The position numbers and the translations under genes were made by a program. 64,000 bases of DNA from a virus. Under the pieces are notes generated by a model. That model worked only from the letters and a program-made list of their open reading frames with translations. It was not told where the DNA came from and did not search any database. Each line of letters opens with the position of its first letter. Within the stretch, counting starts at the first letter, position 1. The DNA lies in IMG/VR virus record IMGVR_UViG_3300006316_000001, positions 1 to 64,000 of that record; one strand, 5' to 3'. This document shows, piece by piece, positions 9,166 through 18,837 of the stretch.

Positions 9166-10110
9166 TTATAGGTCAAAGATAGAAGTTTGTTGAACTGGGT
9201 TACAGTTCGGTTTAAATGCTGTCAACTCTTTCAAGAAAAGTGACATACGTTTTTGCATCATAAAGTTCATGGTTTTATTCATACCATGACGAGTTCGATT
9301 TTCCCAAGCACGTTCACAACCAAGTACAACACTTTCAGGGATGTGCTCAAGATTTAGAGAAATTAGTTTACGGTTACGGACGAAGCGAGCATACATCTCT
9401 TCACCAACATGGGTTCTGAATACTTCCTCACCCTTACCGAGTGCTTCATACGCCTCATCCTTCAGTTTCTGAGAAATTGGCGGAGCTCTGAACGCAGACA
9501 AACCTTCTTGCTTACGTTCGAATTTTACTTTGAAGAAGTCATCAGGACATCTTACTGACGGAACGCCATCTGACTCATCACCGTGCATTATAAGATCAAA
9601 TTCAAATCGCTTAGGATCATCAATCTTAACATACGGGATCTTGCGAATTTTATCACAAGGGCGTGTTTGTTTAACTAGAGGATTTTGGAGTAGTGCACCG
9701 AAATCCTTATCGTTTGAAATAATCAACAATGGTTCAGTTGTAGTTTGAGCCATCCAGCCGATGATATCATCCGCCTCAGCGCCTTGAACCTTCATTGTTG
9801 GGTAAGGGAAGTTATCTTTGATTTCTTCAGTGATTTGAGAAATCATAGTCATAATTTCTTCCCAATCGTTGTCTTCGTCTGGAGAATTCTTACGAGTCCA
9901 TTTATACAACGGGAATTCTTTGTTACGCCACGCTGATGAGTCAAAGATTAGATGCATCTCGCCCCATTCATCGCGGTACTTTAAGTTGTGAGCACGAATT
10001 GTATTCAGAACCAAGTGACGGATATACTCAAGGTGAGGTCGCTGACCGCCTTTGATATCAACGTGTAGGGCAGCGAATATAGTGCCCGAAAAATCAAGTG
10101 CAATTGCCAT
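9166..10110 (-). CDS. rnh: T4 RNase H-like 5'-3' flap exonuclease
   Basis: LDFS, WR...P.YK..R, EADDII, ISNDKDF, GD.SDGVP. Confidence 0.85.
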   Translation of the reverse strand: MAIALDFSGTIFAALHVDIKGGQRPHLEYIRHLVLNTIRAHNLKYRDEWGEMHLIFDSSAWRNKEFPLYKWTRKNSPDEDNDWEEIMTMISQITEEIKDNFPYPTMKVQGAEADDIIGWMAQTTTEPLLIISNDKDFGALLQNPLVKQTRPCDKIRKIPYVKIDDPKRFEFDLIMHGDESDGVPSVRCPDDFFKVKFERKQEGLSAFRAPPISQKLKDEAYEALGKGEEVFRTHVGEEMYARFVRNRKLISLNLEHIPESVVLGCERAWENRTRHGMNKTMNFMMQKRMSLFLKELTAFKPNCNPVQQTSIFDL

Positions 10111-10130
10111 AGTTTTACGCCTTAGAAAGA

Positions 10131-10200
10131 GGGGAAGGGTTAACAGCTAACCCTTTACCCCATAACAGCCATTATACGCTTATTAGTAGAGAAGTAAAGC
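10131..10200 (-). promoter_or_regulatory. promoter-stem-loop cassette copy 2 (long hairpin)
   Basis: TTTACT-N16-TATAAT plus GGGGTAAAGGGTTAGCTGTTAACCCTTCCCC. Confidence 0.8.
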
Positions 10201-10208
10201 TTTTTAGG

Positions 10209-10367
10209 CTATTCTCCGAAAAGAATATTTTGCTTTTCTTCGTCATCCTTCTTGAGTTTGATACGTTGCTCAAGAGTAAGATCTTTAGAGTCATCAACCT
10301 CACGTTCATGCTCTTCAATCAAAGAGCCATCACGTACATGGCTCTTAATCTTAACACGTTTAACCAT
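10209..10367 (-). CDS. small hypothetical protein (52 aa)
   Basis: MVKRVKIK...NILFGE starting just after the gp32 stop. Confidence 0.55.
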   Translation of the reverse strand: MVKRVKIKSHVRDGSLIEEHEREVDDSKDLTLEQRIKLKKDDEEKQNILFGE

Positions 10368-10371
10368 AGGC

Positions 10372-11472
10372 TTACAGTTCCATGTTAGCGAACGGGTCGT
10401 CCTCATCAGCACCAGCGGTTGTATTCGCGCCAGCAAAAGGATCAGGTTCATTACCAGCAGCATTAGCTTGACCAGCATTAGCATTAGCGAACGGATCAAC
10501 ATCATCAGGTTTAGCTTGACCAGCATTAGCATTAGCGAACGGATCAACATCATCAGGTTTAGCTTGACCAGCATTAGCATTAGCAAACGGATCAACATCA
10601 CCCGCTTGTTGCTGTTGAGCTTGTTGAGCTTGTTGAGCCTCAAACGGATTACCACCAGCGCCAGCCGCTTGAGCAGGACTGTACGCTTCACCAGTGATAC
10701 CAGCAACATACTGAGCGCCAAGAACTTTGATCATTTGATCTTTGAGCTCATCGTACTTTTTCCATTTGTCTTCAGTAACGAATTCTTTGAGATCAAACAT
10801 ACCGTTGTAGATTTTCTCAAGAACACCGTCATTTTCATGAAGGAGTGAAGGAGAATCAAACTCTGAATCATCATAGTTCAGGTAACCTGATTTATCTTTG
10901 GTGCGAACACGGAAGTTAGCGCCATCATCTAAATCAAATGGATTCATTGGCATTTGATCTTCATACTCAGGAGCCATCTTGGCCATGATCTTCTTCTGAA
11001 TCGCTGGACCAAATTCCCAAAGGAAGTTTTTACCATTGTTTTCAGGGTGAGCTGGATCATTGATAACCACGATGTTAGCAACATAACGTAGGCGGCGACC
11101 ACGCTTCTTAACTTCGTCTTGGTCATTACCATGGTTACGTTCCCACTGTAAGTGGTTAAGTTCAGCAACCGGATCATCTTGACCTAGAGAACGAAGAGAA
11201 CGGTTCCAGTAGTTACCGCCTTTGCCTTTGAATGAAAACTCAATCCACTCAACCCAAGACAGTTCGCCTTCAGCTTGACCCCAAGGCAGGAAACGGATAG
11301 TGGCAGAACCCACTTTAGTGTTCTTGTCATACGTCGGCTTCCAGAAACGCTCATCTTTAGGAGAACCGCTACCGCCTGCATTTTCAGCAGCTTTCTTTTG
11401 TAGGTTAGCTAGAACGTTTTTCTTATTTTTTCGTAATTCAGCAAATGACATATTATTTTTCCTTGTGCCCAA
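10372..11472 (-). CDS. 32: gp32-like ssDNA-binding protein
   Basis: DERFWKP, IRFLP, YVANIVVINDPAHPEN.GK, NPFD...GANF, NYD.SEF; acidic tail. Confidence 0.9.
   Translation of the reverse strand: MGTRKNNMSFAELRKNKKNVLANLQKKAAENAGGSGSPKDERFWKPTYDKNTKVGSATIRFLPWGQAEGELSWVEWIEFSFKGKGGNYWNRSLRSLGQDDPVAELNHLQWERNHGNDQDEVKKRGRRLRYVANIVVINDPAHPENNGKNFLWEFGPAIQKKIMAKMAPEYEDQMPMNPFDLDDGANFRVRTKDKSGYLNYDDSEFDSPSLLHENDGVLEKIYNGMFDLKEFVTEDKWKKYDELKDQMIKVLGAQYVAGITGEAYSPAQAAGAGGNPFEAQQAQQAQQQQAGDVDPFANANAGQAKPDDVDPFANANAGQAKPDDVDPFANANAGQANAAGNEPDPFAGANTTAGADEDDPFANMEL
10463..10600. repeat. 48-bp tandem repeat, about 2.9 copies, in the gp32 tail
   Basis: Unit ttagcttgaccagcattagcattagcgaacggatcaacatcatcaggt starts at 10463, 10511, 10559. 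Confidence 0.95.
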
Positions 11473-11478
11473 TTGGGC

Positions 11479-12093
11479 TCAGTTATTTAGATATCTCTGA
11501 AGTGTCGGCTTTAGAGACTCGGTATCAGTTTTAATCCAGGATTCATATTTCACTATCTTTCTTCGAATACTTGGCCAAACAAACTTGTCAGTAATCTTCC
11601 TGTCCCATTTATCCATCATTGCCCCATGGGTCAACATGTTGATGATACAAACAGTTTCCAAACTAACGTGTCCGCCATTCATTGCCTGAATGATAATGGG
11701 GATTCCTCCCGAAACGGAGTCGAACAGAAGCTTGAATTCTACACCGAGGGTCATGAGCCTTTTCAGGTCATCCTCAAAAATGTAGTCAATTCTATGCTGT
11801 CGCGATTTCCAATCCCTAAACACAAAATCCTCAAATTGGGATACGTGCGTTTTTCCTTGCAATATATTGGCCATGAAGAAGTTACCAAGGTCACCACGAA
11901 GATATTCGTAAGCTAGTGCATGATAAAAACTCTTATCAGGTCTTGCCTCGAATTGCTCCATTGTACCTCTGACGCGCCCCTTCATACGCCAAATATCATA
12001 ATTTTCACTTTCGAAGTGTTGTCTTATAGCAAGACACAGTTTATATGCCTGAAAGCCATTGAGTCGGTTGCTATATGACATGTTTATCTCCAA
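11479..12093 (-). CDS. 59: gp59-like helicase loader
   Basis: AYKL.LAI..HF....YD, F..R.DK.FY, ISLET; adjacent to gene 32. Confidence 0.8.
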   Translation of the reverse strand: MEINMSYSNRLNGFQAYKLCLAIRQHFESENYDIWRMKGRVRGTMEQFEARPDKSFYHALAYEYLRGDLGNFFMANILQGKTHVSQFEDFVFRDWKSRQHRIDYIFEDDLKRLMTLGVEFKLLFDSVSGGIPIIIQAMNGGHVSLETVCIINMLTHGAMMDKWDRKITDKFVWPSIRRKIVKYESWIKTDTESLKPTLQRYLNN

Positions 12094-12500
12094 CGCGGTA
12101 CTATACCAGTGATATATTCAATACAACGACCGATAAGGTAAGCGCGATGTTTACCGCCATGCGATGTAATCAGTTCACGGATTGCGCCAAGGTGAGCTTC
12201 AATTTGCATATCAATGCAATCCAACTCTTCCTTACGCTTCTTACTTTCATCAGCCAAAGCATCAAGACGCGCTTCATTCTCAAGATGACGCGCCAATTCA
12301 TCAGCCACTAAGACATCAGCTGACACGAATTCGAGAGCACCAACGCCACTATCACGTATATCCGCTGTGTACCAACCGCCACAAGAGTATTGGTTTTTCT
12401 TACAACGAATACAGAATGTTGTATCTCCATTACTGAATTCAACACCGCGATAACCACCCTTCAGGAACACAGTTCCTTTACATTGAACTTTGATCGTCAC
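12084..12500 (-). CDS. hypothetical protein
   Basis: ORF in run. Confidence 0.55.
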   Translation of the reverse strand: MTIKVQCKGTVFLKGGYRGVEFSNGDTTFCIRCKKNQYSCGGWYTADIRDSGVGALEFVSADVLVADELARHLENEARLDALADESKKRKEELDCIDMQIEAHLGAIRELITSHGGKHRAYLIGRCIEYITGIVPRWR

Positions 12501-12810
12501 GTTTCACCTCCAAGTGCTTGTATCGGTCGTGTAGAAACGAAGTTGATGACTCATATTTATCACCGGACATGGATTCGGAGTCTCCTTTGCATACTTTGAA
12601 TATGAATTTGAAGGCGCGTCCGTCCAGTGAGACGTCAGTTACCTCAATCACAACCCATTCAGCACCCCATTTGACGCACTCAAGCAGGTCACCAACTTCA
12701 ACATACACACGCTTGCATATGAAGTCCTCTAATTTACGTTTGAAAGTTCTTTTCATAACATTCTCCAGTTGTTTTAACGAGTAACCCTCGAAAGGGCTAC
12801 TGATTAACAC
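12478..12810 (-). CDS. hypothetical protein
   Basis: ORF in run. Confidence 0.55.
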   Translation of the reverse strand: MLISSPFEGYSLKQLENVMKRTFKRKLEDFICKRVYVEVGDLLECVKWGAEWVVIEVTDVSLDGRAFKFIFKVCKGDSESMSGDKYESSTSFLHDRYKHLEVKRDDQSSM

Positions 12811-12815
12811 AACTA

Positions 12816-13046
12816 TTATTGTTCAAAGGTTTCTAACACTAAGTCTGAATCAACAGTATATGCTTCAGCCAAGAATTTATTACACGCGAAGATATGACCC
12901 TTCGCCACGAATGTAACGCATTCAGAACCGTCTTCTAAGCTATACTCACCATTCAGTTCTGAATTAACAATCAAACCGTGCTTACCAGCAAGTTTAGTTA
13001 GGTCACCAGTTAGAGGAGCTATAGAAACGAATACCATTTTAGACAT
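12816..13046 (-). CDS. hypothetical early protein
   Basis: First ORF after cassette copy 3. Confidence 0.7.
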   Translation of the reverse strand: MSKMVFVSIAPLTGDLTKLAGKHGLIVNSELNGEYSLEDGSECVTFVAKGHIFACNKFLAEAYTVDSDLVLETFEQ

Positions 13047-13125
13047 AATTTAGAACCTTTAATAAAGGGGGTTAACCGTTAACCCCATAACAACCATTAT
13101 ACTCTAATTGAACGAGAAGTAAAGC
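13047..13125 (-). promoter_or_regulatory. promoter-stem-loop cassette copy 3 (identical to copy 1)
   Basis: 13039-13125 equals 1095-1181. Confidence 0.9.
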
Positions 13126-13150
13126 TTTTTAATAAAGTTTTTTAATGCAC

Positions 13151-13171
13151 AAAAGGCTCCCGAAGGAGCCT
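13151..13171 (-). terminator. intrinsic terminator after DNA polymerase
   Basis: GGCTCC-TTCG-GGAGCC-TTTT. Confidence 0.85.
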
Positions 13172-13187
13172 CTTTATTATGGGATGA

Positions 13188-15845
13188 TTAACAGAAGAAA
13201 TCTTCGAGTGTCGCCACAGGTTCGGTGGTCCAGCCAATCAGGTCTGTCATATCACGAACAGGTTTAAGGAACGTTTTCTCAAACATGATGTCGTAATCAA
13301 CTTTCTTGTGGAGGTCCAGCTCAGGCGGTAGTACATCAGTGAACCCAATGACATTCTGATTCAATTTGTTCGGTAACTCTAAGTGTATGAACTTCATCTT
13401 ATCAGCCACACCAATAAACTCGTAGCTGTCATCGAGACCATAGTCCCTCAGCGCCTTATTGTAGACAATACCCGCCCGAGAGTGAATTGGAACCGTCTTA
13501 CCTTGGATGAAGTTACCAGCAACATCACAATAGGATTCTTCCAGCTTATTCACGCCACGAGGGAACGCTATGGCTTCAGGCTTCTCTTCTCGGAATCGTT
13601 TCTTGAAGTCAGCAATGAAATCCTGAACGTCAGACTCTTCCTTATTGAGTACAAGCTTCACAACATTCTTGGAAGCATCACGGACGAACTGTGGTGTGGA
13701 AGATTTAACAACCATACCGATACCCATCACCTTGATATATGCTTCTTCGAATTGCACGCCTTCTGAGTTCCAAACTGACATAGCATACATCTTCTTAGAA
13801 CAGAATACTGAGTTGTCTGAGATAACCTCACGCGCCATAATCATCTTCTGTGAATAGCTGTTACAGTACTGTGCCAAATCTTCGTAACCGCGATCAATCA
13901 TCGGAGTCATGTGGTCGTCACAGAACTGGTCAAGAGCACGTACCGCTTTCTGAACATCTTCACCTTCTTTCGCATTATGATCGAAACCGTGTCGTTCACC
14001 TAGGATTGCGCAAACAGGCTCCATGTTAACGTAGATTGAGTCAGTATCAGTGTACACTACGTAGTCAACGCCATCAGTCTTCAGAACGCCATTCAGGTAC
14101 TCATTTGTCTTACGGCCAACCCAACGGATTGCCAACTGACCAGCCAATGTGATTGACTCAGCGATACGGATATCAAACATACAGAAGTAGATGTTTGCGA
14201 GTGCGCCATAAAATGAGTTTAGAAGGATCTTACGAACCTGCTGACCGCCACCTTTCAAGGACTCTTGCTTGGCAATTTCTGTGACTAGTGCATCAAAATT
14301 ACCAACATCCATACCATACTTACTGTACATTTCGTTGATGACATTAACGTCACCACTCTGAACCAATTCACCGTCCTGTTCATGAACGAGCATTTGCTTC
14401 TTGATCGCCTTACGTTCTTTATATAGGCGTTCCATTTGTTGACCAGCAATACCTTGGAAAGATCGCAGGAATGTGTTACCTGAAGGAGCTACAGACAAAT
14501 CACCATCAGGGCGATCATAAGGTTCACCATCAACCATCATATCAACGTTGACTTGCGGAACCACCTTACTGGTGATCGTTTCTGGGCTCATGTTCCAGCC
14601 CATGATGATATGAGGATATAGTGAGTTCAAGTCGAATGAGCAAACCCAGCGGTGCTTACCTACCTGTGGAGCCTTAACGAACGCACCTTCATAATTCACT
14701 TTGTCATGGTTCTTCTTGTTCGGTAAGATGATATTCTTATCAATCAAGTCACGGTAGAAGATATTTTCCCAAGTTGCCACCGGAGAAGATACATCATTAT
14801 AGTTGATGCCCGCAGCATACGCTACCGCGAATGTGATACCGAGGAAGCCTAACTTCTCTTCAAGTTGAACGATTAGGGCTACATCGACCACGTTGTACGT
14901 AGCATAAAGTTCCCAGTCCTTCTTATGAAGTGTGCGTAGATCTGAAGCGACACTAGAATAATCAACCTTCTTACGACCAAGTTCAACCGATGCGATAAAG
15001 TCAAGCTTGTAAGATTCACGGGTGATGAAGCGGTTCTTCTTATACAGCTCAATGTAATCAAGGTCAGCGATACCACAGATATTAGCTTTGTATTCAAGCT
15101 TACCTTGGAACTCTTTCTCACGCACCATAACTTGACCCCATGGTGACAAGTCAGACATATCAAGACCCATGCGTTGGATACGGTTACACATGTAAGGTAA
15201 ATCGAAACCGCTTGAGTTCCAACCAGTGATGTATGCTGGGTAGTTTTCACCCCACCAACCCATCATGTGTTGAAGTAGCTCCAACTCATCATCCATTACA
15301 AATGAGATGACATCATCAGGGTTCACTTTCTCATCTTCAAGTAGGCGACGAACTCGTTCATTTACTGCAAAATCGCCCAAGCCCCAAACTCGATACTTCT
15401 TAGTGAATGTGTCATAGATACACATACAGTTTATAGCCCACGCTGCCTTTCCAGGATCAGGGAAACCCTTTTCAGCCGGACACTCAATATCGAGGAAGAA
15501 CCCGCGAATTAGTGAAGTGTCGTAGCTGTTTTCCATATCTTTGAACTTTTCATGAAGCATTGCATATTGGAAGTTACGGTTTCCGTAGATAGTCAAGCCG
15601 GAAACGTCATGAGCTTCACGGATAGCATTATTGGCTTCGCGAACGTTCTTGAATTTCTTAGGTAAAAGTGGAACACCAGAAACCAACTCCTTGAAGTTTG
15701 TATTTTGGCCATGAGCCTCGTAATACATGGTGGGTTGGTAGTCAGTTATTTTCGCATACTTAACCTCACCATTGTGGCTGTATGTTAAGAAGATGTTGTT
15801 ACCACGCTGTTCTGCGTTGATGTAGAATAATTTAGACATATGCAC
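13188..15845 (-). CDS. 43: family B DNA polymerase (T4 gp43-like)
   Basis: DIE exo I, FDLPY, SFDLNSLYP, KILLNSFYG, YTDTDS; C-terminal TLEDFF clamp motif. Confidence 0.95.
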   Translation of the reverse strand: MHMSKLFYINAEQRGNNIFLTYSHNGEVKYAKITDYQPTMYYEAHGQNTNFKELVSGVPLLPKKFKNVREANNAIREAHDVSGLTIYGNRNFQYAMLHEKFKDMENSYDTSLIRGFFLDIECPAEKGFPDPGKAAWAINCMCIYDTFTKKYRVWGLGDFAVNERVRRLLEDEKVNPDDVISFVMDDELELLQHMMGWWGENYPAYITGWNSSGFDLPYMCNRIQRMGLDMSDLSPWGQVMVREKEFQGKLEYKANICGIADLDYIELYKKNRFITRESYKLDFIASVELGRKKVDYSSVASDLRTLHKKDWELYATYNVVDVALIVQLEEKLGFLGITFAVAYAAGINYNDVSSPVATWENIFYRDLIDKNIILPNKKNHDKVNYEGAFVKAPQVGKHRWVCSFDLNSLYPHIIMGWNMSPETITSKVVPQVNVDMMVDGEPYDRPDGDLSVAPSGNTFLRSFQGIAGQQMERLYKERKAIKKQMLVHEQDGELVQSGDVNVINEMYSKYGMDVGNFDALVTEIAKQESLKGGGQQVRKILLNSFYGALANIYFCMFDIRIAESITLAGQLAIRWVGRKTNEYLNGVLKTDGVDYVVYTDTDSIYVNMEPVCAILGERHGFDHNAKEGEDVQKAVRALDQFCDDHMTPMIDRGYEDLAQYCNSYSQKMIMAREVISDNSVFCSKKMYAMSVWNSEGVQFEEAYIKVMGIGMVVKSSTPQFVRDASKNVVKLVLNKEESDVQDFIADFKKRFREEKPEAIAFPRGVNKLEESYCDVAGNFIQGKTVPIHSRAGIVYNKALRDYGLDDSYEFIGVADKMKFIHLELPNKLNQNVIGFTDVLPPELDLHKKVDYDIMFEKTFLKPVRDMTDLIGWTTEPVATLEDFFC

Positions 15846-15916
15846 CCTTTGCTTTGCATTAATGTTATGTAAAAGAGCCCAGTCATAACGGCTGGGCTCA
15901 CGATCACTCAGTTCAA

Positions 15917-16414
15917 TTATCCGCGAATGAACTCATTCAGGTCGATCTTAGGATGATTAAGTAGCTTACATACTTTGTCATCACTATTGCGGTGAATTGA
16001 GTAGCGAGGAATTCCGCCAACGTGAGTGCAGACGATACAGTGTGATTCCGTATTACCATTATAAAGCTCATTGAATGAAGCTTCAGCGAAACCGTAGTCT
16101 ATTGTGTATTTAGTGTGGTTCTCGCCACAAACCGCATTAATCGCGCCTTGGTATTCGTGACCGTGAAGGAAGTTGAAACCGGACACAACTACATCAAGGT
16201 CACAACCGCCATCAAGAACTTCGCTCATATCACGATTAGCGATAGCTCGAACGGTCTCATCCAACTCTTCTTGAATGCGTTTAGCTTGATTATCTAACGC
16301 AGCCCAATATTCGTCAGAACCTATCACTGGTGGCGTTTTACCCCAAATCTCATTGAAAAGCTTAACGTTGTTGAATGTTGTCATTTGTTGAGTGTTTTCT
16401 GATACTTTTGACAT
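15917..16414 (-). CDS. MazG/PRA-PH-like NTP pyrophosphohydrolase
   Basis: IQEELDET...EVLDG.CDL.VV motif; start moved to MSKVSE. Confidence 0.7.
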   Translation of the reverse strand: MSKVSENTQQMTTFNNVKLFNEIWGKTPPVIGSDEYWAALDNQAKRIQEELDETVRAIANRDMSEVLDGGCDLDVVVSGFNFLHGHEYQGAINAVCGENHTKYTIDYGFAEASFNELYNGNTESHCIVCTHVGGIPRYSIHRNSDDKVCKLLNHPKIDLNEFIRG

Positions 16415-16424
16415 GGATGTTTCC

Positions 16425-16904
16425 TTAGCTATTAGCCTTCTTTTGAGACTTCTTACGTTTGTTTTTCTGGATCCCACCCGCAACTTCCAACAGTTGGTCA
16501 AGTTGCGAGTCTGTTAGAACGCGAATCGCGTCCATTGCCTTTTCTTTTGTGTAGCCAGTCTTGTCCATCACATCCTTTAGTCTGGCTCCCTTAGCGGCTT
16601 TAGCCCACTTAGCAAACCCACGATGAGCAGGAATGGCACCCTTCAGGAAAACATATTGATATTCCTTGGGGATATGAGGAAGACGATTCATCAGTTGTGC
16701 AAACGGCATCGTATTTTGCGCCTGCATCAATCCTTTATTGATGATGAATGGGTCAAACCCCCGTAACTCTGGGTCATTTTCACGCAGGTCGTTCTTATCT
16801 TTGTTAATGCTACCAAGCCAATCAAACAGAGCAGGAGCAGCAGGTCGCTTATACTCCTCAACTATTTCTTCGGCTTCAATTTCTTCACCGAATAAGTTAA
16901 TCAT
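16425..16904 (-). CDS. 62: clamp loader small subunit (gp62-like)
   Basis: FD.L.SIN..K, F.PFIINKGL, QY.FL...I....F.KWAK. Confidence 0.8.
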   Translation of the reverse strand: MINLFGEEIEAEEIVEEYKRPAAPALFDWLGSINKDKNDLRENDPELRGFDPFIINKGLMQAQNTMPFAQLMNRLPHIPKEYQYVFLKGAIPAHRGFAKWAKAAKGARLKDVMDKTGYTKEKAMDAIRVLTDSQLDQLLEVAGGIQKNKRKKSQKKANS

Positions 16905-17836
16905 CAGCCAGCCTCCGCCATGAACTCTGTTATCGCAGCTAGTGCGTTGAGTTCGCGGTTAGGTACGATACCATGGTACTTCTGATATTCACCCAATTTA
17001 AGGATCATCAAAGGCATCAGGCTTGGATCAAGACGCTTCTCTGACTCTTTATACATCATGTTAAAGAAACTGTCAACTGAGTTATCAGTAACCCATTGCT
17101 TGGCCACCACAAAGTCCTTATCGATGATTGCTTTGAATAGAACGTCAACATTTGTCTTCATTGCGTCCATTATACCATCATCAATACAACCGTTTTGATT
17201 TGAGTATGCCTGAAGCTCATTCAAAATTTTACGGTTATCTGGGAAGTATTTCAGAACAGTTTCTTTCAATGCTTCAATTTCGAAAGACACACCTTCTTCC
17301 TTCAAAATGGCAGCACAACGACGAGCGAACTGCTGAACAAGCACATTCAGTTCAGTCTTGTCGAATTTGTAATCAATGGTAGCACAACGAGAATGTAGTG
17401 GCTCTATGATTTTATCAGGGTAATTGCACGTCAGGATGAAGCGACAACCACGAGCATACTTTTCCATGGCGTTACGCAATGCAGGCTGCAAGCGCCAGTC
17501 CATGCCATCAGCCTCATCTATAATGATGACCTTTGGTTGCTCATTACCATTAAGGCTAGTGGTGTGTGCGAAGTCAGCCACGTTCTGACGTAGCTCTTCT
17601 AGGTTCAATGAACCGTCTGAGCCATTATACATGATGAAATCGGCATCAAGCTCATTACAAAGTGCCTTTGCAAGAGTTGTCTTACCTGTACCAGCTGGTC
17701 CAGATATGAGGAGGTGGTTGATGTTACCAGCTTTGACCATGTTGTTTGCTTGATCTTTAACTGATTGTGGTAGAATGCAATCATCGATAGTTGATGGACG
17801 GTGCTTTTCTACCCATAGTAGTTGTTCAACTTGCAT
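16904..17836 (-). CDS. 44: clamp loader large subunit (gp44-like AAA+)
   Basis: LWVEKHRP, GPAGTGKT, IIDEAD, SRC. Confidence 0.9.
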   Translation of the reverse strand: MQVEQLLWVEKHRPSTIDDCILPQSVKDQANNMVKAGNINHLLISGPAGTGKTTLAKALCNELDADFIMYNGSDGSLNLEELRQNVADFAHTTSLNGNEQPKVIIIDEADGMDWRLQPALRNAMEKYARGCRFILTCNYPDKIIEPLHSRCATIDYKFDKTELNVLVQQFARRCAAILKEEGVSFEIEALKETVLKYFPDNRKILNELQAYSNQNGCIDDGIMDAMKTNVDVLFKAIIDKDFVVAKQWVTDNSVDSFFNMMYKESEKRLDPSLMPLMILKLGEYQKYHGIVPNRELNALAAITEFMAEAG

Positions 17837-17891
17837 GTTATTTCCTCTTAAATGATATTTGATTCATGGAACGTTTTAATCGTTCCGCCTT

Positions 17892-17942
17892 TTACCAGCT
17901 TACCGAAACCTTGAGACGTACTGTTTCGTTAAGCTTTTTCAT
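17892..17942 (-). CDS. possible 16-aa peptide MKKLNETVRLKVSVSW
   Basis: ATG at the cassette's usual start position; manual translation. Confidence 0.35.
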   Translation of the reverse strand: MKKLNETVRLKVSVSW

Positions 17943-18021
17943 AATTTAGAGCCTTTAATAAAGGGGGTTAACCGTTAACCCCATAACAAACATTATACTC
18001 TTATTTTACGAGAAGTAAAGC
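17943..18021 (-). promoter_or_regulatory. promoter-stem-loop cassette copy 4
   Basis: Near-identical to copy 1. Confidence 0.85.
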
Positions 18022-18035
18022 TTTTTAATAAATAA

Positions 18036-18698
18036 TTACAGCTCAAGTGTACCGCGAGTCAGTAGCCACGCTTTCTGGTTTTCAGTTGGTTCTCCAACAG
18101 TCACCTTCATCGTACAACCTTTAGGGAAGTCGCCATTCTTTGAAGTTGACCATTTCACGTCAACACCATCAACCTCAATAACTAGACCTTGACGACGTCC
18201 GCTACCTGTCGAAGTAGTTTCTTCAGAAACCATATTATGTATAATCTTCTCGCTCTTAAGTAGATCGATTATCTCATTCTGGTAGATAGTCTTGGACATA
18301 CCCTCTTCACGTGTGCGGAACATCTCAGTACCGTTTACTCGGTAAACTGTCACACCGCGAGCAGTCGGGTTTTGGATGCGACTCACGACCATTGAGAACA
18401 TTCCAGTTAGTGGGATTGTTGGGATGATTGTGTATTCTTCACAAGTTGTAACATCAACGAAAACTGGAACTTTAGGAGCCTCAGATTCGTTAAGACCGTG
18501 GATTGCCACAATTTGGTGAGCGCGAGCAAGAATGCGCTTCTCGGCATTCGCACGACTTGAGAATCTCTTAACTGTTGGGAGATCATCACCGCCCATCGTA
18601 TTGAAATCAATAGCAAGCTTAGGAAGTGTGTTTAGATCAGAGATTGCATTATCTTTAACGTAAGAGCGAGCAAGTTCGATAGCGAAAGGAGAAGTCAT
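18036..18698 (-). CDS. hypothetical early protein; C-terminus resembles that of 27144..27674
   Basis: First ORF after cassette; shared motif seen by eye. Confidence 0.7.
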   Translation of the reverse strand: MTSPFAIELARSYVKDNAISDLNTLPKLAIDFNTMGGDDLPTVKRFSSRANAEKRILARAHQIVAIHGLNESEAPKVPVFVDVTTCEEYTIIPTIPLTGMFSMVVSRIQNPTARGVTVYRVNGTEMFRTREEGMSKTIYQNEIIDLLKSEKIIHNMVSEETTSTGSGRRQGLVIEVDGVDVKWSTSKNGDFPKGCTMKVTVGEPTENQKAWLLTRGTLEL

Positions 18699-18776
18699 AA
18701 TAGTTACCTTTAATAAAGGGGGTTAACCGTTAACCCCATAACAACCATTATACTCTTATTAGCGGAGAAGTAAAGC
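18699..18776 (-). promoter_or_regulatory. promoter-stem-loop cassette copy 5
   Basis: TTTACT-N16-TATAAT plus GGGGTTAACGGTTAACCCC. Confidence 0.85.
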
Positions 18777-18797
18777 TTTTTAGCTAAGTTTTTATGT

Positions 18798-18820
18798 AAA
18801 AAAGGCTCCTTTCGGAGCCT
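18798..18820 (-). terminator. intrinsic terminator
   Basis: GGCTCC-GAAA-GGAGCC followed by T-run. Confidence 0.85.
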
Positions 18821-18837
18821 CTTTATTAGGTTGAAGT

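Noticed and set aside
10209-10848. Long ORFs 10209..10721 (-) and 10252..10848 (+)
   Set aside because: Off-frame and antisense read-throughs of the gp32 48-bp repeat; only the last 52 codons of the minus ORF look like a gene
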